Assembly: GCA_003230435.1 (NCBI GenBank)
Contig: QIDW01000288.1
Location: forward strand, 1-39,783
Direction of reading: 5' to 3'
Length of the DNA stretch: 39,783 nt
DNA from: Acidimicrobiia bacterium
Lineage (GTDB): Bacteria; Actinomycetota; Acidimicrobiia; Spongiisociales; ZC4RG35
Shown here: piece after piece, positions 29,302-35,712 of the stretch
Layout: each line of letters begins with the position of its first letter
Position numbering within the stretch: position 1 is the stretch's first letter
Position numbers and translations under genes: made by a program
Notes under the pieces: model-generated
What the model was told of the DNA's origin: nothing
Database searches by the model: none
Seen by the model: the letters and a program-made list of their open reading frames with translations, nothing else

Positions 29302-30081
29302 CTATTCCGGGTCCGTCACCCAACTCTCCAGGCGCTGGTCCCTGGTGAAAGCCCGGCTGGCAACCATGGTGACGATCACAGCCGAGGCGACACCAACCGA
29401 GCCAAGCACCAGGTAGGTGATCACCAGTTGCACGAGAACAGCGTTTACCGGCTCCGCTCCAGCGAGCAGCATTCCCGTCATGGTCCCAGGAAGGGCGATG
29501 AGACCGATCACCTTGGTCCGCTCTATCTGCGGTAGCAAGGCATTTCGAACCGCGGAACTGGTGACGATCCGGGAGGCCCCCTGGCGATCAAACCCGAGGG
29601 CGAGCAACGCTTCAACACGGTTCCGATGATCGATGAGATCTGTCGTGACCGTGTCAGCAGCCTGGACGGCGGCGGGAAGCGTGTTGCCAAGAGTTATCCC
29701 GGCGATCACTACGAGGGTGACCGGCCCCAGTTCGAACACACCCAGCCCAAACAGAAGGGCCAGGGTGACACCAACAGCGCCCGCGAGCGCGCCGAGGGCG
29801 TAGAGACGGAGACCCGGAATCTGCCGGGCGCGTCTAACTACCACCTCCGTCGAGAGAACGGTCATTCCGATCACCCAGACCCAGGCCCACACAAGGGCTT
29901 GCGACGCCTCGAAGATGAACACGAAGAGAAGACCAACGGCGAGAAGTTGGATCCCGGCGCGGAACGACGCCCAGGCTATGGAGCGTTCGAAGCCGAGCCC
30001 CTTCCACACAGAGACCACGATGGCCACGCCGACCAGCGAGAGCGATGCGATCACCTCGACCCATCCCATGTCTCCGGTCAC
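29302..30081 (-). CDS. FetB/YbbM-family (UPF0014) ABC-type permease, no ATPase partner adjacent
   Basis: Polytopic. The N-terminus WVEVIASLSLVGVAIVVSVWKGLGFERSIAWASFRAGIQLLAVGLL and the C-terminal IALPGTMTGMLLAG resemble E. coli FetB, and the 259-aa length matches. The start is placed at the GTG at 30081 (GGAAGGTGG upstream). The track ORF start at 30210 would overlap the tRNA. Confidence 0.75.
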   Translation of the reverse strand: MTGDMGWVEVIASLSLVGVAIVVSVWKGLGFERSIAWASFRAGIQLLAVGLLFVFIFEASQALVWAWVWVIGMTVLSTEVVVRRARQIPGLRLYALGALAGAVGVTLALLFGLGVFELGPVTLVVIAGITLGNTLPAAVQAADTVTTDLIDHRNRVEALLALGFDRQGASRIVTSSAVRNALLPQIERTKVIGLIALPGTMTGMLLAGAEPVNAVLVQLVITYLVLGSVGVASAVIVTMVASRAFTRDQRLESWVTDPE

Positions 30082-30195
30082 TGGTCCACCTTCCGTATTG
30101 ATGGATCGTGCCATAACGCACGTCGATCGGCCGATCGTGACCGACTCGGAGTACCGAACATCAATTGGTATCCTGTTCAAGCCAATCGGCACCAT

Positions 30196-30271
30196 TCCGC
30201 GGTAGCTCAATTGGCAGAGCAGTGGACTGTTAATCCATTGGTTGTAGGTTCGAGTCCTACCCGCGGAGCCA
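30196..30271 (+). tRNA. tRNA-Asn (anticodon GTT), CCA encoded
   Basis: Folded by hand into a complete cloverleaf: acceptor TCCGCGG/CCGCGGA, D arm GCTC-AATTGGCA-GAGC, anticodon arm GTGGA-CTGTTAA-TCCAT, variable TGGTT, T arm GTAGG-TTCGAGT-CCTAC, discriminator G, then CCA. Confidence 0.93.
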
Positions 30272-30282
30272 CCCGCGGAGCC
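30259..30282 (+). repeat. Perfect tandem duplication of 12 nt ACCCGCGGAGCC (tRNA-Asn 3' end copied once immediately downstream)
   Basis: 30259-30270 and 30271-30282 are identical. The first copy is the 3' acceptor strand, discriminator and CC of the tRNA. Confidence 0.9.
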
Positions 30283-30306
30283 TCATTCTGACCAGGAAAG
30301 GGCCCG

Positions 30307-30329
30307 AAAACCCCTTATGCGACAAGGGG
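30307..30329 (-). terminator. Minus-strand hairpin CCCCTT-GTCGCAT-AAGGGG followed by TTTT (weak rho-independent terminator pointing at the tRNA)
   Basis: Read directly from the sequence. The TAA of a 32-codon minus-strand ORF (30315..30413) lies in the loop. Confidence 0.4.
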
Positions 30330-30351
30330 AAATGGGGAGTCGGAGACCTTT

Positions 30352-30371
30352 CGACATTTCGCGACATTTCG
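30352..30371. repeat. 10-bp tandem direct repeat CGACATTTCG x2
   Basis: Read directly from the sequence. Nearby are TGGCCCA x2 (30402-30408 and 30413-30419) and TCGCGG x2 (30447-30452 and 30460-30465). Confidence 0.85.
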
Positions 30372-30694
30372 CGCTCTTTTTGGTCGTTTCTCGTGCTCCC
30401 GTGGCCCAGACATGGCCCAAGGCTTGGGGGTGAGGCGAAGGAACTCTCGCGGTCCAGAGTCGCGGCTCTCTAGGTCTCGTCTGATCCGAGCGCCGGCATC
30501 GATGGCTTCTGACGGGTTTCTAGATAGAAGTCACTCAAGACGTCGACGGAAAGCCGGGACGGAGTAGACGACGTGTGACAGGCGTTCGACCGAAGTGAGC
30601 GTCAAGCCGGTCTGACACGCATAATGCTTGTGGTCTCTGGGGGTGAATGCAACACCTGTCGGTGAGAGTGTTGTCTCTTATCGAGGAGGTTGTT

Positions 30695-31817
30695 GTGACG
30701 AAGTTCAGTGAGGCTGAGGTGATCGAGGTTTGGGATCGGTGGCAGGCGGGTGATGCGAACCGGTTGATTGGACGTGATCTGGGTCGGTCGGCTGGGTCGA
30801 TCCGTGCGTTTGTCGAATCGTGGGGTGGGGTGCGTCCTGCGCCTCGGAGACGCTCCGAACGCCACTTGTCGTTTGATGAGCGTGAGGAGATTTCTCGGGG
30901 TGTCGCTGCCGGCGACTCGTTACGTTCGATCGGAGATCGGTTAGGTCGTGCTCCGTCGACGATCAGCAAATGGTGGCCGTCACCGGTATCGGGCTCATCA
31001 CGGCGACCGGGCTGCGTGACGTCGGGCTCGTCATCCCAAACCGTCCAAACTCGCTGAGAATCCGGTGTTGCGACAGGTGGTGGAAGAGAAACTGGAACTC
31101 TGGTGGTCACCGGAACAGGTGGTCCTCTGGTTGAAAGGCACATACGGTGATGACCAGGAGATGTATGTGAGCCACGAAACCATTTACCTGTCACTGTTTA
31201 TCCAAGGGAAAGGTTCGTTACGCAGGGAACTAACTGACTGTTTGCGTACCGGGAGGGCATACCGACGACCCAAAGTGAAGAAGGCTCCGTCGGGGAAAGG
31301 ACAGATTGTCGATCCGGTGATGATTTCGGAACGTCCCGCCGAAGTCGAGGATCGGGCGGTTCCTGGTCATTGGGAAGGCGACCTCCTCAAGGGACTACGA
31401 CAAACAGCTATCGGAACTCTGGTGGAAAGACACTCCCGTTACCCAATGCTGTTTCCCCTCCCCGAAGGGAACACCGCCCCAGCCGTCCGGACTGCATTGG
31501 CCGAAACGGTTCAACGGCTCCCCGAACACTTGTGGAAGTCGTTGACCTGGGATCAAGGCAAAGAGATGGCCCAACACGCCCAATTCAAGATCGACACCGG
31601 AGTCCAAGTGTATTTCTGTGATCCCAAGTCGCCGTGGCGGCGTGGCTCCAACGAAAACACCAACGGGTTACTACGCCAATACTTTCCCAAAGGCACCGAC
31701 ATGAGTCTGCTCACCCAGGCCGACCTCGACAAGGCTGCCCACTCCCTAAACGGACGGCCTCGACAAACCCTCGACGGGAGGACACCATCAGAGAAACTCG
31801 TCGAAGTGTTGCAATGA
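30695..31817 (+). pseudogene. IS30-family DDE transposase, disrupted (one frameshifting lesion plus one in-frame TGA)
   Basis: GAGGAGG lies 5 nt before the GTG at 30695. The N-terminal HTH (ISRGVAAGDSLRSIGDRLGRAPSTIS) is in one frame. NGGRHRYRAHHGDRAA-TGA-RRARHPKPSKLAENPVLRQVVEEKLELWWSPEQV, then HWEGDL and the rest of the DDE core, are in another frame. The span is 1123 nt, which is not a multiple of 3. I could not find terminal inverted repeats. Confidence 0.85.
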
Positions 31818-32083
31818 CCCCTTGATCTCGCAGCACTTGTGGGCGCTAGCCAGCCGTTCATAATCGGGGTTTTAGGTGGCGATGTTGGAGTGGAGAGGGT
31901 CTTGGCTACAGTCATTGGTCGTACGTTCCATGCGTACAACGCACACTCCGTTCTGTTTTCCGCCTAGCGGAGTAACCGCAGGAAATGCAGGTTCTGGTCG
32001 ATGGCTGTAGAGCATCAACTCCGCGCCCGCCCGCCCGGCGAGGCGTCATCCTTTGGCGGTTCGAGGCTTCGGAAGGAGCACTG

Positions 32084-32338
32084 ATGTCCAACAATCTTTA
32101 CGTGGGGAATCTCACGTTCGATACGAGTACTGCGGACTTGGAGTCGCTTTTCGCCACTCACGGCGAAGTCAGTAAAGCGCAAGTGATCACAGATCGTGAC
32201 AGCGGTAGATCTCGCGGATTCGGGTTCGTAGAGATGGCAACAGCCGAGGCCGCCCAAGCTGCGATAGATGCCCTTGACGGACACAATGTTGATGGCCGGC
32301 CACTCACCGTGAACGTTGCCAAACAACGTTCTCGTTGA
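32084..32338 (+). CDS. RRM-type (RNP-1/RNP-2) single-domain RNA-binding protein
   Basis: 84 aa. RNP-2 is LYVGNL and RNP-1 is RGFGFVEM. GGAAGGAG lies 5 nt before the ATG at 32084. The longer track ORF from 31985 is rejected. Confidence 0.88.
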   Translation: MSNNLYVGNLTFDTSTADLESLFATHGEVSKAQVITDRDSGRSRGFGFVEMATAEAAQAAIDALDGHNVDGRPLTVNVAKQRSR

Positions 32339-32582
32339 CACGACACCCATTAGCGGAGAAAGAGTCAAAGCGCGGTGTGGAGGATGTGGGCATCCTCATC
32401 GGGAGCATCGGCGTCAGATCGGGTGCTCGGTACCAAGATGCGGCTGTGTCGAATATCAAGTTCCTGACCCACAATCCAGCAGGCGCAAACGGTCAACCAC
32501 CTAATTGCTTCGTCCTCCCGTACCAGTGATGTCCTGTCGAGCCGCACATACCGGCACACATAGGCGTGGCTCCCGAATTGCG

Positions 32583-33221
32583 CTAAGCGTGGAGTGGGAT
32601 GACGCGTGCGGTGACGGATTGCATCCCATCGATCGCCTCTAAGAGGGTTTTCGCCTCGGAGAGAGGAAGAGCGAGCGCTTCTACCGCCGGTTCGGTGAAC
32701 AGAGCATATGCCGCTGAGCCCACATGATCAGCTGCCGAATTCTTGAGAAGCCGGTGGGCAATCGTGACATCGGGCCCGAGCACTTCAACGTGGCTTCCGA
32801 CTGCCTGCACGAAGTAGTCGCCATGGTGGATCACGAACTTCAGGTCGAGCGTATCTTTCCGACTACACGCAGCGCAGGTGCATGTCCAGATCAAGCCCGC
32901 CTCGGCCAGGCGTTCAACAAAGTCGCGGTAGCAGGCGTCGACACAATTAAGCATTGCCTCGCGTCGCGGTGCGATATCACCGGGGGCGACAGCGAACACC
33001 GCGTCACCTTCGAATTTGACGGGCGTAAGAGGTGGATCGACACGGGTGGCTATCCCATCGAGCAGATTCGACATCAATGCGTACGCGTCCGGGATCTGGC
33101 CGTCGGCGAACGCGTCGTCCTCGTGAGCGACTCGGACGCTGTCCAGGAATGACGTGTAACCGGAGATGTCGGCAATAAGGATCGTGCCGTTGTAGTGCCC
33201 CGGTCGTAGTCGCGGATTCAT
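32583..33221 (-). CDS. Stand-alone class III nucleotidyl cyclase-like protein (cyclase homology domain core with a Cys-rich insert; possibly DUF2652-type)
   Basis: ILIADISGYTSF, VKFEGDAVFAV and VLGPDVTIAHRLLK align with the beta1 Asp, second metal Asp and G..VN.A.R motifs of cyclase homology domains. GGAGAG lies just before the ATG. No other domain is present. Confidence 0.6.
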   Translation of the reverse strand: MNPRLRPGHYNGTILIADISGYTSFLDSVRVAHEDDAFADGQIPDAYALMSNLLDGIATRVDPPLTPVKFEGDAVFAVAPGDIAPRREAMLNCVDACYRDFVERLAEAGLIWTCTCAACSRKDTLDLKFVIHHGDYFVQAVGSHVEVLGPDVTIAHRLLKNSAADHVGSAAYALFTEPAVEALALPLSEAKTLLEAIDGMQSVTARVIPLHA

Positions 33222-33250
33222 CGACTCTCCGGTTCGGGATCGTCACAGTA

Positions 33251-33279
33251 GTGGGCGGGCAGGGCACGAGTCCGCCCAC
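33251..33279 (-). promoter_or_regulatory. GC-rich hairpin (8-bp stem GTGGGCGG/CCGCCCAC, 13-nt loop) between the 2-TM ORF and the cyclase-like gene
   Basis: Read directly from the sequence. It lies in the 93-nt gap between the two same-strand ORFs and has no U-tract. Confidence 0.3.
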
Positions 33280-33314
33280 AGCTAGAAAGCCGGGGGTCGC
33301 GTAGTTTGTCTTGT

Positions 33315-33566
33315 CTAGTGGGGCAGCAGTTTGGTGTGCGTGGTCCTTTGAGTCGTTGGATCCGACGCGGGCGCGGGTTGTTTGCGTTCGGCGCTGACAG
33401 CTGCCGATTCAGCGACAAACGCCCAAACCACCACCACCGCCCCGAATCCGTACAAGACCGGAATGTAATAATCCTCGCCGCGCAGGAAGATCACAATGGC
33501 GATGAACACGCCGGCCATGACTGCCATGCCAGCATCGATCCAGTAGATCAGCCTCGTTTTCGCCAT
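33315..33566 (-). CDS. 83-aa hypothetical membrane protein with two predicted TM helices
   Basis: Third codon positions are strongly G/C-rich in this frame. GGAGG lies 10 nt upstream of the ATG. The hydrophobic segments are IYWIDAGMAVMAGVFIAIVIFL and IPVLYGFGAVVVVWAFVA. I recognised no family. Confidence 0.55.
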   Translation of the reverse strand: MAKTRLIYWIDAGMAVMAGVFIAIVIFLRGEDYYIPVLYGFGAVVVVWAFVAESAAVSAERKQPAPASDPTTQRTTHTKLLPH

Positions 33567-33590
33567 GATCCATATACCTCCTTCGGGAAG

Positions 33591-33619
33591 TTTGTTTTCC
33601 TCTGGGGAGCTTTGTTTTC
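33591..33619. repeat. 9-bp direct repeat TTTGTTTTC x2, 20-bp register, AT-rich, just upstream of the 2-TM ORF
   Basis: The copies at 33591-33599 and 33611-33619 are identical. They lie in the 394-nt divergent intergenic region. Confidence 0.8.
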
Positions 33620-33960
33620 ATCGTGTCATCGAATCACGAGGGGCGAAAGAGCCGAAAGTCCCTGATACTGATCCGCACTAGTGCCTGGTGGCGGCTTGCG
33701 CCCATCTCGGCGGGTTGGACGGCGCTCGCCGCGGTTCTCTCACCCCACCCCTGGTGGGGGGTCGCCGAAACGACTATGGTGCGACGTTCATGCGCGGGCG
33801 CGACTACTGCCATTGTGTGGATGGAGGCTCGACTCCATCGGACTCATCGGATCTGCGGTGATGTTCGGGGTCCGTTTCATCTGGCCACTCTCGACAGCGT
33901 CATACCCGTTGCTTGACAGAGAAACAAACGACCAACCCGAAATCTATTAGGAGAACTTGG

Positions 33961-35685
33961 ATGAGGCGATACGCAATTTTACTGGCGGTTCTGGCGCTCG
34001 TTGTTGCCGCGTGCGGGGGGGCGGCGACTGAGACGACGGAAGCACCCGGAGCCACGCCTGAAGAGCCGACAACCGGCACAGAGGCACCCGCCGATGACGA
34101 TGAGGAAATGGCAGACGGTGGACAGGTGACCATCGGGCTGTTCCAAGAGCCGGACAACCTGAATCCGATGTTCGCGGTGCAAACAGCGAGCCGGATCGTC
34201 CGCGACATGACACTCGAGGGCCTCCTCGACGCAGATCCGGACGGGAACTACGTGCCGATCCTGGTGAAAGAGGTGCCGAGCGTGGAAAACGGTGGTATCT
34301 CCGCAGACGGGCTGATTATCACCTACAACCTGCTCGAAGGTGTTACCTGGTCCGACGGGGATCCGCTGACCTCACGCGACGTCCAGTTCACGTGGGAAGC
34401 CATCTTGGACCCGGGGAATGCTGTGACCAGCACCGCCGGTTACGAAAAGATCGTCTCCGTGGAGACGCCCGACGATTTGACCGCAGTGGTGACGTTCAGC
34501 GAGCTCTTCGCTCCGGCTCTGTCGCTATTCAGCATCCCCGATGCGATCCTGCCCGCTCACGTTCTGGAAGGCGAAGACATCGGTGTGTCCGATTTCAATC
34601 GCACGCCCGAGGGCACAGGTCCGTTCGTGGTGACCGAGTGGAACTCGGGTGACTCGATCATCATGGACCGCAATCCCAACTTCCGGACGGCAGGCGTGCC
34701 GATCCTCGACCGGGTGGTCTTCACGATCATCCCCGATCAGCAGGTTGGCGCCGCCCGGATCAGGGCCGGTGAGATCGACGTCCTGTGGAACCTCGACGAG
34801 AGCCTGATTCCCGAATTCCAGGCCATGGAGGGTGTCGACATTCAGGTGGTCCCATCGAGCAATATCGAGTACCTCGGATTGAACCTGGACGATCGTGATG
34901 ATCCTTCCCAACCCGACGCCCTCTTCAGTGACAAGAGGGTTCGAGACGCACTGGCCATGGCCATCGATCGCACCCCGATCATCGACGACTTGCTGCTGGG
35001 GATGACCGAGGCAGCAACATCGCCGATCGGGCTCGGATGGGCAGCACCTGAGGGCCTCGAATTGCCACCGTACGACCCTGAAGGCGCAATCGCTCTTCTC
35101 GAAGAGGCTGGCTGGGTAGACGACGATGGCGACGGCGTGCGAGAAAAGGACGGTGTCTCGTTCAGCTTCGAGATCAGCACCCCTGCAGGCCAGCAGGTCC
35201 GTGAGTTGACCGAGCAGATCCTCCAGGAGCAGTTCGCTGCCATTGGAGGCGAGCTCATCATCAACAACGTGCCGGCAGCCACCCTGTTCGGAAGCTGGGA
35301 AGAGAACGGCAAGCTCAAGCGTGGCGATTTTGATATCGTCATGGATACTTGGGGTGCCGACCTCGATCCGGATGCCTTCCTGACGATCCTGTTCACATCG
35401 AGCAACATCCCTTCGGACGCCAACAATGGTGACGGCTGGAACTTCTTCGGGATCAATGATGCCGTACTCGATGAAGCGATCGCCGCTGGCGGAAGCACCC
35501 TCGATCAAGCGGTGCGGAAGGACGCCTACCGCGTTGCCGTGGAACGCATTCTCGAGGCAGGCGTATACATACCTCTGTACAAGAGGTCGTTTATCAATGC
35601 CTTCTCCAGCAATGTGATTGGATGGAGTGGGAACCCATGGGGCCAGTTGGCGTGGAACGCCGAAGAATGGAGTCTCTTAGGCTGA
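33961..35685 (+). CDS. ABC transporter substrate-binding lipoprotein, family 5 (peptide/nickel, DppA/OppA/NikA-like)
   Basis: AGGAG lies 7 nt before the ATG at 33961. The signal peptide MRRYAILLAVLALVVAACGG carries a lipobox. TWSDGDPLTSRDVQFTWE and other family-5 patterns are present. Confidence 0.88.
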   Translation: MRRYAILLAVLALVVAACGGAATETTEAPGATPEEPTTGTEAPADDDEEMADGGQVTIGLFQEPDNLNPMFAVQTASRIVRDMTLEGLLDADPDGNYVPILVKEVPSVENGGISADGLIITYNLLEGVTWSDGDPLTSRDVQFTWEAILDPGNAVTSTAGYEKIVSVETPDDLTAVVTFSELFAPALSLFSIPDAILPAHVLEGEDIGVSDFNRTPEGTGPFVVTEWNSGDSIIMDRNPNFRTAGVPILDRVVFTIIPDQQVGAARIRAGEIDVLWNLDESLIPEFQAMEGVDIQVVPSSNIEYLGLNLDDRDDPSQPDALFSDKRVRDALAMAIDRTPIIDDLLLGMTEAATSPIGLGWAAPEGLELPPYDPEGAIALLEEAGWVDDDGDGVREKDGVSFSFEISTPAGQQVRELTEQILQEQFAAIGGELIINNVPAATLFGSWEENGKLKRGDFDIVMDTWGADLDPDAFLTILFTSSNIPSDANNGDGWNFFGINDAVLDEAIAAGGSTLDQAVRKDAYRVAVERILEAGVYIPLYKRSFINAFSSNVIGWSGNPWGQLAWNAEEWSLLG

Positions 35686-35712
35686 TCTGACCTAGAACAG
35701 GAGCGGTGCGAC

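Noticed and set aside
29626-30291. 221-aa plus-strand ORF running across the tRNA-Asn gene, and the 30082..30210 N-terminal extension of the permease ORF
   Set aside because: The first is antisense to the FetB-like permease and reads through a perfectly folding tRNA. The second would overlap the tRNA, whereas the 259-aa version matches the family length.
30535-31194. 219-aa minus-strand ORF (and 30602..30865) opposite the IS30 transposase
   Set aside because: It is antisense to recognisable transposase coding sequence and its translation is Pro/Arg-rich and featureless.
30541-31960. Terminal inverted repeats and target-site duplications for the IS30 remnant
   Set aside because: I compared about 150 nt on each flank by eye in reverse complement and found no convincing inverted repeat of 12 nt or more. 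The element boundaries are therefore left undefined.
31948-31978. Possible distal att copy (GTTC...TCC GCCTAGCGGAG TAACC) resembling the tRNA-Asn 3' end
   Set aside because: Identity is only about 60% and needs gaps. That is too degenerate to call by eye, and only a proper alignment or a comparison with relatives could revive it.
32316-32529. Two overlapping small ORFs after the RRM gene. One is Cys/His-rich, at 32316..32504 (RCGGCGHPHREH...CSVPRCGC). The other is a 64-aa ORF at 32335..32529 whose TTG overlaps the RRM stop.
   Set aside because: Neither has a Shine-Dalgarno site or an ATG/GTG start. Third-position G/C is only about 50% for the Cys-rich frame and about 62% for the other, by my hand count, and I recognised no motif family. 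The Cys/His spacing is eye-catching, but I cannot support it as a gene without conservation data.
33638-33700. Partial resemblance to RNase P CR-I (GAAAGTCC) and to the TPP riboswitch (CCCTGATACTGATCCGCACTAGTGCC)
   Set aside because: The other obligatory conserved blocks are missing. These are the CUGAGA and pyrimidine-sensing helix for TPP, and the remaining conserved RNase P regions. The resemblance is limited to a few nucleotides.
33820-33839. Hairpin GATGGAG-GCTCGA-CTCCATC resembling a tRNA T-arm (possible tRNA fragment or att remnant)
   Set aside because: The loop is 6 nt and lacks the TTCGA/G-A-N-N T-loop pattern. The flanks show no acceptor-stem complementarity and no match to the tRNA-Asn 3' end.
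33623-33950. ORFs 33623..33916 and 33681..33950 in the long intergenic region
   Set aside because: The translations are Arg/Trp-rich and implausible. Neither has a ribosome-binding site, and the two overlap each other. The region is better treated as non-coding leader or promoter DNA.
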